Shown here: one piece after another, positions 10,112 through 19,564 of the stretch | Layout: every line of letters starts with the position of its first letter | How positions within the stretch are numbered: position 1 is the first letter of the stretch | From: an uncultured Verrucomicrobiae bacterium | GTDB taxonomy: Bacteria; Verrucomicrobiota; Verrucomicrobiia; Chthoniobacterales; JAFAMB01 | Direction of reading: 5' to 3' | Length of the DNA: 64,000 nt | Assembly: GCA_963813025.1 (NCBI GenBank) | Contig: CAWEXO010000011.1 | Span: forward strand, 955,927-1,019,926 | The notes under the pieces: model-generated | The model's database searches: none | Told to the model about the DNA's origin: nothing | The model's input: only the letters and a program-made list of their open reading frames with translations | Program-made: the position numbers and the translations under genes

Positions 10112-11586
10112 GCTTTCTCGTTCACCTCGCTTATCTGGCGCCGCTCGTGGCTGGGCTCCTAATCCTCGTGGGTTCGCCGGTGCAGAAGACGGCGATTGTT
10201 GCAGCCATCGCGCAATCGGTGGCTGCGCTGCTCGTTTTTTTAGGCTACGACCGGTCAGTCGCCGGATACCAGTTTGTCTCCGCACTGCATCTTGTGCCTG
10301 TCTGGGATCTGAAATTTATGGTGGGCGTAGACGGTCTCAACGCGACCATGCTCCTGCTGACCGCGCTCGTCACGCTTGCCGCGGTCAGTGTCTCGCCTCG
10401 CCTGGCAGACAGCGGCGATCGATTCATGGCGTGTCTGCTGTTCATCTCAGCCGGCGCGGCCGGAGCTTTCGCCTCATTGGATCTCTTCTTTTTCTACGCA
10501 TTCCACGAACTCGCGCTGATTCCGACGTTTTTGATGATCGGAATCTGGGGAACAGGGAATCGGCAGGCCGCTGCTTGGAAGATCACGATTTATCTCTCCA
10601 TCGGCAGCATCATCCTTTTGATCGGAATTATCGGACTCTATTTCCTGCCCGACCCGGCGCAGCGGACCTTTGACATCCCGAAGCTTCAGCAAATGGCCGC
10701 TGCCGGAGTTTTTACCGGCGCCGGTGCTAAAATAATTTACCTGCTTCTGCTGATCGGCTTTGGCACGCTGATATCGCTGTTTCCTTTTCATTCCTGGGCG
10801 CCTACCGCTTATGCGTCTGCTCCTGTCCCTGTGGCGATGCTGCATGCTGGCGTGTTGAAAAAATTCGGCTTGTACGGCTTGCTGCGGATCGCGCTACCGT
10901 TGATGCCGCAGGCTGCCCAGGCATGGACCTGGCTGCTCTTGACCCTGATTATCGGGAATATTTTGTTCGTAGGTCTCGCGACGATCGCGCAGAAGCAGCT
11001 CGATCTCACTCTGGGTTACTCCAGCGTCATGCACATGGGATACATCTTCCTGGGCTTGGCGGCGTACAATGTGATTGGGTTGAACGGTGCGGCTCTGCTG
11101 ATGCTCGCCCATGGGCTTTCGATTGCTGCGCTGTTTGCTATCAGTGGGGAGATCAGGAAACAGACTGGCACCCTGGATTACCGGGATCTGGGCGGTTTGG
11201 CCCAGAGTATGCCGGCGCTCGGATTTATGTTTGGGCTGGCGACCTTTGCCTCGATCGGATTGCCGGGCTTTGCAAACTTCGCTTCAGAATTGCTCGTCTT
11301 TTTCGGCGCTTTCCGGAACGGAATACCTGGGGGAGCACTCGGCCCGATGCAGTGGGCGACAGTCATCGCCCTCTGGGGTGTGGTGATCTCGGCGGTTTAT
11401 ATGCTGCGGGCCTACCGAGCCATTTTCTTTGGCGATCGCCCCGCTCGCTGGGCTGGAACAAAGGACGTCCCGTTCAGTCTGGGTTGGCCGATTGGAATCC
11501 TGCTCGCCGCCCTCTTGGTGGTCGGAATGTTTCCGCAGACCATCTTGCAGGCAATTGAGCCTACGATCCGATTCTTTGCGAGGTAA
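10108..11586 (+). CDS. nuoM: NADH-quinone oxidoreductase subunit M
   Basis: FPFHSW, YSSVMHMG, GLPGFANF; antiporter-like hydrophobic profile. Confidence 0.95.
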   Translation: MSFLVHLAYLAPLVAGLLILVGSPVQKTAIVAAIAQSVAALLVFLGYDRSVAGYQFVSALHLVPVWDLKFMVGVDGLNATMLLLTALVTLAAVSVSPRLADSGDRFMACLLFISAGAAGAFASLDLFFFYAFHELALIPTFLMIGIWGTGNRQAAAWKITIYLSIGSIILLIGIIGLYFLPDPAQRTFDIPKLQQMAAAGVFTGAGAKIIYLLLLIGFGTLISLFPFHSWAPTAYASAPVPVAMLHAGVLKKFGLYGLLRIALPLMPQAAQAWTWLLLTLIIGNILFVGLATIAQKQLDLTLGYSSVMHMGYIFLGLAAYNVIGLNGAALLMLAHGLSIAALFAISGEIRKQTGTLDYRDLGGLAQSMPALGFMFGLATFASIGLPGFANFASELLVFFGAFRNGIPGGALGPMQWATVIALWGVVISAVYMLRAYRAIFFGDRPARWAGTKDVPFSLGWPIGILLAALLVVGMFPQTILQAIEPTIRFFAR

Positions 11587-11592
11587 GCTTCT

Positions 11593-13026
11593 ATGCCCCC
11601 ACTTTTGATCGAACTGCTGGTCCTTGTCCTCGGTTTGAGTCTTTTTCTTTGGGAATCATTCGCCGGCGAACAAAGCCGCCGAACGATTGGCTTAGCCGCG
11701 ATTATCGGGTTGGCGGTAATCTTTCTTCTCGTCCAATTCGTGCCCATGTCAGCAAGCCCGCTGGCGGCCTATGTGATTGATGCGCCTGCGCTGTTTTTCA
11801 AAAAATTCGTCTTACTGACGACCATTGTTGTCGTGATCATGTCGGTGGACTACGCCGGTACGATCCGGCGTTTTGTGCATGGAACGACACCAGAGGCCGG
11901 AGTTGGCGAGTTCTTCTCTCTACCGGTCCTGACCTGCGCCGGGATGATGTGGATGTCGTCGGCGGTTGATTTCATTCTGATTTTCGTTTCGCTCGAGCTG
12001 GTCACGATTTCCTTCTACGTCCTCGTTTCTTATATGCGTCGCAACGCAGCCTCACTGGAGGCAGGGGTGAAGTACTTGATTCTTTCGGGGCTCTCGACCG
12101 CTTTTTTCGTATACGGTATTACCTGGATCTACGGGACGACGCATGAGACAAACCTGTTCGAGATCCAGAAAGTGCTTCCTGCGGTACCGGTGAGTAATCA
12201 ATCCGGACTGCTCTTTGGCGCGCTGCTGGTCCTGGTCGGGCTCGGCTTCAAGATCGCTGCGGCACCGTTTCAGTTCTGGGTACCGGACGTCTATCAAGGT
12301 GCTCCGACTCCGACGACGGCCTTTCTTTCAGTAGGCTCGAAAGCCGTTGGCTTTATCGTTTTATTGCGCGTTGTGCAAGCGCTCCAGACTTTGCCCGCCG
12401 TTGGAGGGAAGGTCATCTTTGCTCTCGTCCTTTTGGCAGCCGCAACCCTGATCTATGGGAACATGGCGGCGCTCCCTCAAACTAACTTTAAGCGCTTGCT
12501 TGCTTACTCGAGCATCGGTCATGCCGGCTATCTGCTAATGGCGGTAGCGAGCCTCGGGGCGCCCTATGCCGGCCGAGCCGTTATCGTTTACCTGGCCGCC
12601 TATCTCTTGATGACGCTGCTTTCCTTCATCATTCTGATTATTGTGGCCCAACACTCTGAGGGCGACGATATTGCCCATTTCAACGGGCTCGGTAAACGGT
12701 CTCCGTTTCTCGCCTTCAGCCTTCTCGTTGCCATGATGTCGTTAGCCGGGGTGCCGTTAACCGCCGGATTTTTCGGTAAATTTCTCGTTTTCGAAGTGGC
12801 TTACGAGACTCGGCAATTCCTTCTTTTGACTCTGGGAGTCATTACTGTCGGATGCGGGTTCTATTTCTATTTGAAAGTTGTCCGCGCGATGTACTGGCAG
12901 CCGGTGTCCGGCTCAGCAGCGCCGATCCCGGTAAGCCGCTTGTCACTGATCACCATCGGGGCGCTCGTGCTGCTCATCTTTGTTTTTGGCATCTTTCCTG
13001 AGTTCCCCTTGGCCTTAGGGGGGTAG
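11593..13026 (+). CDS. nuoN: NADH-quinone oxidoreductase subunit N
   Basis: EAGVKY, FKIAAAPFQFWVPDVYQGAPTP, KRLLAYSSIGHAGY. Confidence 0.96.
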   Translation: MPPLLIELLVLVLGLSLFLWESFAGEQSRRTIGLAAIIGLAVIFLLVQFVPMSASPLAAYVIDAPALFFKKFVLLTTIVVVIMSVDYAGTIRRFVHGTTPEAGVGEFFSLPVLTCAGMMWMSSAVDFILIFVSLELVTISFYVLVSYMRRNAASLEAGVKYLILSGLSTAFFVYGITWIYGTTHETNLFEIQKVLPAVPVSNQSGLLFGALLVLVGLGFKIAAAPFQFWVPDVYQGAPTPTTAFLSVGSKAVGFIVLLRVVQALQTLPAVGGKVIFALVLLAAATLIYGNMAALPQTNFKRLLAYSSIGHAGYLLMAVASLGAPYAGRAVIVYLAAYLLMTLLSFIILIIVAQHSEGDDIAHFNGLGKRSPFLAFSLLVAMMSLAGVPLTAGFFGKFLVFEVAYETRQFLLLTLGVITVGCGFYFYLKVVRAMYWQPVSGSAAPIPVSRLSLITIGALVLLIFVFGIFPEFPLALGG

Positions 13027-13031
13027 GTACT

Positions 13032-13158
13032 TTTCGCGTTTCGCGTAGCGCGTCGCTCATCAGCTCATTCACTCGAGAAAGCGCGGCCCGCAACGCTCCC
13101 GGATGTACGGACGAGGCCCTCCGCGGTACTCGGAACGCGAAACGTGAAACGCGAAACG
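13032..13158. repeat. Heptamer-armed REP-like hairpin
   Basis: TTTCGCG x2 (13032-13046) versus AACGCGAAACGTGAAACGCGAAACG (13134-13158); GTAGCGCG at 13045; minus-strand copy of the 448 motif at 13096-13129. Confidence 0.65.
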
Positions 13159-13192
13159 TCCACGACCGGCTTGGCTGACGATTCTATCCTGT

Positions 13193-13687
13193 ATGGAACT
13201 CGAAACTCTCCAGGACCTCTATTATCACGAACTAAAAGATCTCTATAGTGCGGAGAAACAGATCATCAAAGCGTTGCCGAAAATGGTGAAAGCGGCTCAT
13301 CACCAAAAGCTGGCCGACGGGTTCAAGGAACACCTTGAGCAAACGAAAGAGCATGCCGCTCGTCTTGAGACGCTTCTTGCGAAACACCAGCAATCCACGC
13401 GTGGTCCGAAGTGCAAAGGCATGGAGGGCGTTCTCGCTGAAGGGGCGGAGATGATTGGGGAAAAAGGCGATCCGGAGGTGAAGGATGCTGGCCTCATTTC
13501 GGCCGGACAACGCGTCGAGCACTATGAAATGGCAGGCTACGGCAGTGCGCGTACCTACGCCGAGCTGCTCGGAGACAAGGAAGGCGTGCAATTGCTGCAG
13601 GAAACGTTAAGCGAAGAGCAAGCAACCGATAAGAAGCTGACGCAACTTGCCAAGTCGGTCATTAATGTAGAAGCCGCAAAATCGTAG
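13193..13687 (+). CDS. Ferritin-like domain protein (DUF892/YciF family)
   Basis: ELKDLYSAEKQ, HLEQT, KCKGMEG, QRVEHYEMAGYG, EEQATDKKLT. Confidence 0.92.
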   Translation: MELETLQDLYYHELKDLYSAEKQIIKALPKMVKAAHHQKLADGFKEHLEQTKEHAARLETLLAKHQQSTRGPKCKGMEGVLAEGAEMIGEKGDPEVKDAGLISAGQRVEHYEMAGYGSARTYAELLGDKEGVQLLQETLSEEQATDKKLTQLAKSVINVEAAKS

Positions 13688-13690
13688 CAA

Positions 13691-13787
13691 GACGATTTCG
13701 CGTTTCACCTGTCACGTAGCGCTCCCGGCCTCGTCCGTAACTCTGGGCGTGCGCGCACACGATCCGCACAGCGCGAAACGGGAAACG
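13691..13787. repeat. Heptamer-armed REP-like element, inverted relative to the copy upstream of the ferritin-like gene
   Basis: GACGATTTCGCGTTTCAC; GTAGCGCTCCCGGCCTCGTCCGTA (13716-13739); CGCGAAACGGGAAACG. Confidence 0.6.
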
Positions 13788-13840
13788 CCCCCGATTTCCG
13801 TTTGCAAATTGGGTGGACGCGGGCACGTTAAGCGTCCTCT

Positions 13841-15325
13841 ATGCTGGATACCATGCGCAAGCGGCAGCGTTCGCTGCTGATCCTGATAACGGGCATCACC
13901 ATCGTGGCCTTCGCCTGGTGGTACAACCCTGGACACGCCGGCCGCGGTGGGGTTGGGCAACTTGGCAAGGTCGACGGACGCCCGGTGACCGTGGAGGACG
14001 TCCAAAAGCTCGAGCGGAATCTTCAGCTGGCCGGCGGCATCGGGCTGCGTGAACTTCCGGAATTGCTTGCCTCTGGGCGTACGCGCGAAGAGGGGGCTAT
14101 CTCGTTTGCCTGGAACACTTTTATCCTCCGCGACGAAGCCGATCGCCTGCAAATCCACCCTTCTGCCGAACAGATCACCGATGCCGAAAAACGGTTGCCC
14201 GAGTTCCAGCAGGACGGGCAGTTCGACCCCTCCAAGTACCAGGCGTTTGTCGACAAAACGCTCAAACCGAACGGGCTGACTGCGGCTGACCTCGACGAGG
14301 TCGTGGCCGATGACCTGCGGCTCCGGGGAATTCTTGACCTCATTAAGGGCGGAGCTCAGGTGCCCGAGGCGATGTTGCGGGAGAACTACGAAAAAGCGCA
14401 CGCCAAAATGCACCTTGCCGTCGTGCGTTTGCCGCGAGCCGACTTCGAGAAAGCCATCCAAGTCTCCGATCAGGACATAAAAAAGTATTACGACGAACAC
14501 CGAGATCAGCTGAAGTCTCCAGAACAGCGCCGGGTTGAAATGGCGGCATTCACTTTGAATTCGGATCAGAAGAAGCTTGATGAGAGCAAGAAAAACGAGG
14601 TGTTGAAAGCTCTCGCGAAGCAGGCCGAAACATTCGTACAGCCGGTGCTTGATCATCCCGGTCAATTCGAGCAAATCGCCAAGGATCAGAACGTCAAGAT
14701 TCAGGAGACTGGGCTTTACAACGCGACCAATCCCGATCCGTTGCTCAAGACAGATCCAACCTTATCCCGTCAGGCGGATGCTCTCTCCAGCGAGAGCCCG
14801 GTGAGCGACGTCGTGCAAACCGCTGATGGATTTTATGTCCTCAAATTGAAAGATGTCGTGCCGAGTAAACCGCTTACTTTGGACCAGGCGAAAGGCCAGA
14901 TTGCGTCCATCCTGAAAAATCAGCGCATCCAGACGGCCATGGAGACAAAGGCCAAAGAACTGCGAGCAAAGATCCTGGCCGATCTCAAAACCGGAAAAAC
15001 TTTTGCTGACGCGGTTGCGGCCAGTGGCCATAAGGCGGAAGAACCTCCTCCATTCTCCTTTCAGGACGCCGGACAAATTAATCAACTCCTTTTGACCCTC
15101 TATTATAATCAGGTTGATCTGGAGCCTGGACAGGTCTCCAAGCTGCTGACGGAGAATGGCGATGGGCTGCTGGTCTATCTTGAGAAGCGCGATCCGATCG
15201 ACCAGAATGCCTACCAGGCCGACGAAAAAAAGATGCTTCCGGAAGCCAATAATCAATTTGCCGACATGCTGTTCGCGGAATGGCTGAAGGTTCAACAACA
15301 GCGGGTAGGCCGGCCGCCGGTGTGA
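13841..15325 (+). CDS. SurA N-terminal domain / PpiD-like periplasmic chaperone
   Basis: MLDTMRK plus N-terminal TM anchor; PEFQQDGQFD; IKKYYDEH..PEQRRV; VSDVVQTADGFYVLK. Confidence 0.8.
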   Translation: MLDTMRKRQRSLLILITGITIVAFAWWYNPGHAGRGGVGQLGKVDGRPVTVEDVQKLERNLQLAGGIGLRELPELLASGRTREEGAISFAWNTFILRDEADRLQIHPSAEQITDAEKRLPEFQQDGQFDPSKYQAFVDKTLKPNGLTAADLDEVVADDLRLRGILDLIKGGAQVPEAMLRENYEKAHAKMHLAVVRLPRADFEKAIQVSDQDIKKYYDEHRDQLKSPEQRRVEMAAFTLNSDQKKLDESKKNEVLKALAKQAETFVQPVLDHPGQFEQIAKDQNVKIQETGLYNATNPDPLLKTDPTLSRQADALSSESPVSDVVQTADGFYVLKLKDVVPSKPLTLDQAKGQIASILKNQRIQTAMETKAKELRAKILADLKTGKTFADAVAASGHKAEEPPPFSFQDAGQINQLLLTLYYNQVDLEPGQVSKLLTENGDGLLVYLEKRDPIDQNAYQADEKKMLPEANNQFADMLFAEWLKVQQQRVGRPPV

Positions 15326-15334
15326 CAAATGGCC

Positions 15335-15410
15335 GATGACCGATGACCAATTGTTAAATGCGCAGCGCTATTCATTGGTCTTCTGCCAGTGCAATTGGTC
15401 ATCGGTAATC
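15335..15410. repeat. Heptamer (ATGACCG) inverted-repeat hairpin
   Basis: GATGACCGATGACCAATTG (15335-15353) pairs 18/19 with CAATTGGTCATCGGTAATC (15392-15410). Confidence 0.75.
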
Positions 15411-15462
15411 GCCTTCGGTCATTGTTTATTGCACCGACGGTGCCATCAAGCCAAGTTGGTCG

Positions 15463-15807
15463 ATGGACGAAATTCCTGCCGAGGTGGAACAACTCTTCGA
15501 TGATGCCAACGGCGATCTGGCCGTGGGCGATCTTCCATCAGCAATCGCCAAATACCGGCAGTGCGTTGACTTGTCGCCTGAGTTTTTTGATGGCTGGCAC
15601 GCCTTGGGCATGGCTTTGATGAAGAACGGGGATTTTCCGGCCGCGATTGAAGCCGGGAAGCGATCAGTCCAGCTGAAGCCAAATGACCAGTTGGCTTGGT
15701 CCAGTCTTTCGCTGTTTTATGTGCGCAATAACCAGATAAAAGATGCCGAAGCGGCCGGCGGAAAGGCACGCATTTTATCCTGGGGCGGAAAGGTGGCGCC
15801 TGAATGA
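15463..15807 (+). CDS. Tetratricopeptide repeat protein
   Basis: TPR-like helices AIAKYRQCVDLSP, WHALGMALMK, SVQLKPNDQLAW; ATGA overlap with metG. Confidence 0.8.
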   Translation: MDEIPAEVEQLFDDANGDLAVGDLPSAIAKYRQCVDLSPEFFDGWHALGMALMKNGDFPAAIEAGKRSVQLKPNDQLAWSSLSLFYVRNNQIKDAEAAGGKARILSWGGKVAPE

Positions 15808-17363
15808 AATATTTCATCACGACCGCGATCGACTACACAAACGCGCCGCCGCATATCGGTCATGCCTATGAAAAGATCCTGGCGGACGCGGTGGCGCGTT
15901 ACCATCGCCTTTTTGGCGAACCGGTTTTCCTGTTGAGTGGTGTTGATCAGCACGGACAGAAGGTGCAGCAAGCCGCCGCGAAGGAAGGGATATCGCCGAA
16001 AGAGTTTGCTGAGCGAATCACTAACCAGTTCCTCCAGTTGTGGCAGGCGCTGAATATCCGGACGGACGGATGGGCCACTACGACCGATCCGCGACACAAA
16101 CTCGCCGTTCAGAAGGTCCTTCAGGATTTGTGCAACAAGGATGAGCTCTACAAGGCGAAGTACGCTGGCTATTACAGTGTTCGCCAGGAGCAATTCTTAA
16201 CCGATAAGGAACGCGACGAGCACGGAGAGTTCGGCCCAGAGTGGGGCGAGGTGATTTTTCTTGAAGAAGAAAACTGGTATTTTCGGTTGGCCAGGCACAA
16301 AGAATGGCTGAAGACTTTTGTCGCGACTCGTTCGGACTTCGTTGTGCCGGCCTTTCGTCAAGGGGAGCTGCTCAACGCGATTGACCGGTTAAGCGGCGAT
16401 CTCTGCGTCTCCCGGCCGAAAGAACGGCTCTCCTGGGGTATTCCTTTCCCGTTTGATCCAGAGTATGTCACCTACGTCTGGTTCGATGCGCTTTTAAACT
16501 ATGTGACGTTTGCTGGCTACAACGCAGAGCCTGGTTCCGGGCTTCCGCTCTTCGAAGAATTGTGGCCCTGCCAGGCGCACGTCATTGGCAAGGATATTTT
16601 AGTTCCGCCGCACGGGATCTATTGGCCGATCATGCTGCACGCGATGGGATTTAGCGATCAGCAAATGCCTCGTTTGGTGGTTCACGGCTGGTGGAACTTC
16701 GGCGGAGCGAAGATGAGCAAAAGCCTGGGCAACGTGATCGATCCGCATCAGCTCATCCAGCAGTTCGGGCCCGACGCTATTCGCTACTATCTGCTTCGTG
16801 ATGTGGTGATGGGGCAGGACGCCGACTTCAGTATTGAACGGCTGATCGAACGCTACAATTCGGAGCTGGCCAATGAGTTCGGCAACTTGCTGAATCGAAC
16901 GCTGAGCATGGCTTTGCGCTACCGGAACGGAGAGTTGCGGAAGAAGGCTTACTCTGACGTCGAGATTGCCGAATTTGCCGCGACAGCGACCGCGGCGATC
17001 GCGCGATACAAAGCAGCGTTTGACGGGTTTCAGGTTCACCAAGCGCTGGAGATTGTCCGCGAATTGGCCACCCGTGCGAACTCACTGGTTGAGCTGAAAG
17101 CGCCCTGGAAGCTGGCCAAAGATTCTGCCTCCCGCGAGTTGTTGGACACGGTCTTGTACACTCTCGCTGAGGCGACCCGTTTGTGTGCGCTTCTGCTCAG
17201 CCCGATAGTGCCGAACGCCAGCGCGAAAATGCTGGCTCAGCTGCGGGCCGATTCAGAGCGGAAAGTCGTTTGGGGAGAACTCGCCGACAGGCATCGGGTG
17301 GACAAGCCTTCACCGGTGTTTCGAAAAATCGAGCTGCCAGAAAAAACCGCGATCACGGAGTAG
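15804..17363 (+). CDS. metG: Methionyl-tRNA synthetase (short form, no C-terminal tRNA-binding domain)
   Basis: HIGH, YVWFDALLNY, GKDI, KMSKS. Confidence 0.96.
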   Translation: MKYFITTAIDYTNAPPHIGHAYEKILADAVARYHRLFGEPVFLLSGVDQHGQKVQQAAAKEGISPKEFAERITNQFLQLWQALNIRTDGWATTTDPRHKLAVQKVLQDLCNKDELYKAKYAGYYSVRQEQFLTDKERDEHGEFGPEWGEVIFLEEENWYFRLARHKEWLKTFVATRSDFVVPAFRQGELLNAIDRLSGDLCVSRPKERLSWGIPFPFDPEYVTYVWFDALLNYVTFAGYNAEPGSGLPLFEELWPCQAHVIGKDILVPPHGIYWPIMLHAMGFSDQQMPRLVVHGWWNFGGAKMSKSLGNVIDPHQLIQQFGPDAIRYYLLRDVVMGQDADFSIERLIERYNSELANEFGNLLNRTLSMALRYRNGELRKKAYSDVEIAEFAATATAAIARYKAAFDGFQVHQALEIVRELATRANSLVELKAPWKLAKDSASRELLDTVLYTLAEATRLCALLLSPIVPNASAKMLAQLRADSERKVVWGELADRHRVDKPSPVFRKIELPEKTAITE

Positions 17364-17393
17364 GATGAACTTCCACCTTGTCCCGGTTTGAGG

Positions 17394-17444
17394 CGGCCAG
17401 GATGCCGGTGTCACGAAGGAAGAGTGGTGCAGGGTTCCAGCCTG
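17394..17444. repeat. Two REP-like copies
   Basis: 17394-17414 reverse complement GTGACACCGGCATCCTGGCCG matches the REPs flanking the RAYT; GTGGTGCAGGGTTCCAGCCTG at 17424-17444. Confidence 0.65.
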
Positions 17445-17565
17445 ATTAAAAGGTTTTTTTCACAGAAGATCGCGAATAACAGAAACCAAGATTGGCCCAA
17501 GTGGGAGCGGATCTTTGCACTGCTTTGTGGCCATCCACGATAAGTCCTTTCAGCGTGTTACCCAT

Positions 17566-18879
17566 ATGCCTGAGACTGTTTCTTCAACCACAAGAACTGT
17601 GCCGAAGGTTCTCATAATCGGAGGTGGCTTCGGTGGATTGCAAGCCGCGCAAACTCTGGCGAACCGGCGGGTCGCCGTCACCCTGATCGATCGAACCAAT
17701 CACCACCTCTTTCAGCCTCTGCTTTACCAGGTCGCCACCGCTGGGCTGAATCCGTCGGATATCGCGCAACCGATCCGCCACATTTTGCGGGACGCGCACA
17801 ATATTGAAGTTGTCCTGGGTGAGGTAAAGGAAATCGATCCTACCGCCCGGACCGTGAAACTCGAGAGCGGCCGCGGCTTTACCTTCGATTTTTTGATCGT
17901 GGCGACCGGCGCCCGGCACGCCTATTTTGGCCACGATGAGTGGGAGGCCCACGCTCCCGGACTGAAAAGCTTGGGCGACGCCCTTGAGCTGCGCAACCGC
18001 ATCTTGAAATCGTTTGAAACCGCCGAAATGGCCGAGAACGAGGCGGACCGAAACGCGGCGCTGACCTTTGTTGTGATCGGAGCCGGTCCGACCGGTGTTG
18101 AGATGGCTGGCGCCATCGCCGAGCTCGCCACTCATACTTTGGCCGATGATTTTCATAAGATTGATCCGGCCAAATCCAAGGTCGTTCTGCTGGATGCCGC
18201 GCCAAGAGTCCTGCCAGCCTTTGCTGAGGCCAATTCGCGGTCGGCGCTGGAACAGCTCAAAAGAATGGGTGTCGAAGTTCGAACTGGCCTCGCCGTGAAG
18301 GAAGTCGAACCGGCCGGCGTCCGCCTCGAAAACGAGTTCATCCCGACACATACGATCATCTGGGCGGCAGGAAATGCGGTGTCGCCTCTGGCGAAACAGC
18401 TGGGGGCCAAGGTTGATCGCGCCGGCCGAGTCGAGGTCAACGAGGATCTATCGATTCCTGGGCATCCGGAGATATTCGCGATCGGCGACATGGTCCTTTT
18501 CACCTACCAGACCGGCAAGCCCCTGCCGGGTGTCTCTCCGGTCGCCATGCAAATGGGACGCCGCGCGGCTTTCAATATTCTCGACACGTTGGACGGCCGG
18601 CCAACCCGCCGTTTCCGCTATTTTGATAAGGGGAGTATGGCGACCATCGGCCGGAACAAAGCGGTCGCCGATATCTGGGGTATCCGTTTCGGGGGATTTC
18701 TCGCGTGGCTGGCCTGGCTCTTCGTCCATTTGATCTTTCTCGTCGGATTCCGGAACCGGATCTCGGTTTTTGGACAATGGATCTGGTCCTACTTCACGTA
18801 TGGACGGAGTGCCCGGTTGATTTACGGCATATTCAAACCGCGTGTTGTGCCTCCGGATGGAAAGCAAGCTGAGGTCTAA
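17566..18879 (+). CDS. ndh: Type II NADH dehydrogenase (FAD-dependent)
   Basis: GGGFGG, HLFQPLLYQVAT, GAGPTGVEMAG, FAIGD, YFDKGSMATIGR. Confidence 0.9.
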   Translation: MPETVSSTTRTVPKVLIIGGGFGGLQAAQTLANRRVAVTLIDRTNHHLFQPLLYQVATAGLNPSDIAQPIRHILRDAHNIEVVLGEVKEIDPTARTVKLESGRGFTFDFLIVATGARHAYFGHDEWEAHAPGLKSLGDALELRNRILKSFETAEMAENEADRNAALTFVVIGAGPTGVEMAGAIAELATHTLADDFHKIDPAKSKVVLLDAAPRVLPAFAEANSRSALEQLKRMGVEVRTGLAVKEVEPAGVRLENEFIPTHTIIWAAGNAVSPLAKQLGAKVDRAGRVEVNEDLSIPGHPEIFAIGDMVLFTYQTGKPLPGVSPVAMQMGRRAAFNILDTLDGRPTRRFRYFDKGSMATIGRNKAVADIWGIRFGGFLAWLAWLFVHLIFLVGFRNRISVFGQWIWSYFTYGRSARLIYGIFKPRVVPPDGKQAEV

Positions 18880-18925
18880 ATCTCCGGCGACCAAAAAGGC
18901 TTTGACGCTGAACCAACCGGAGGGA

Positions 18926-19042
18926 GGACCGACAGGAGCCGGTCCCTACCGTTTCGGGGCGATCGACGTGGGGCAGGGAAGGACCGACAGGACTCGCCAC
19001 TCGGGACTCGGGCCCGCCACCCGGGGCTGCCACTCGGGACTG
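18926..19042. repeat. REP (GTAG-GGACCG..CGGTCC) with partial duplicate and CCACTCGGGACT repeats
   Basis: 18926-18949 reverse complement GTAGGGACCGGCTCCTGTCGGTCC; GGACCGACAGGA repeated at 18981; lies between convergent genes. Confidence 0.6.
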
Positions 19043-19086
19043 CCCCCCGTCGCGTGCTCACTCATGCTCGACAATCTCCCAGATCA

Positions 19087-19564
19087 CTACGCTTCGCTGA
19101 TCGACTCCTTGAACGCATCTATCTCGGAAGAAAGCATTTTGTCCCCATCTGAAAACGAAGCGTCCTTCGAGTCTTTTCCCCTCGAGTACATCGTTTAGCC
19201 ACAGGCGGTCGTCTTCCCACATCTCCTGAAACGGTATTTTATCCCGCTCACACCAGAAGGGCTTGGCCTCCTGGGTCTCGGTCGGTGTCCCGGTGAATTG
19301 GGTCGCTACAAAGACCGTGCATGACAAGCTGTATCCGTTGGTGAACCGAAAATGAAGGACTGCTCTCGGCTCCGGATCAAGAATGTCGAGGTGCAACTCT
19401 TCTCGCGCTTCCCGTCGCACGCACGATGCCGCGGGTTCGTTGAGTTCACATTTTCCGCCAACCCCATTAACTTTGCCAGCGCCGAGTCCGCGTTTTTTGT
19501 GAATCAGCAGGACGCAGCCAGCTCTTATCACGAAGCAAAGAGTAGCACGATCAGCCACGGTCAC
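19087..19564 (-). CDS. NUDIX hydrolase, MTH1-like 8-oxo-dGTP diphosphatase (apparent 1-nt insertion near 19150)
   Basis: KKRGLGAGKVNGVGGK, RREAREE, MWEDDRLWL; removing one base gives FVFDGDKML and a TAG at 19087. Confidence 0.8.
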
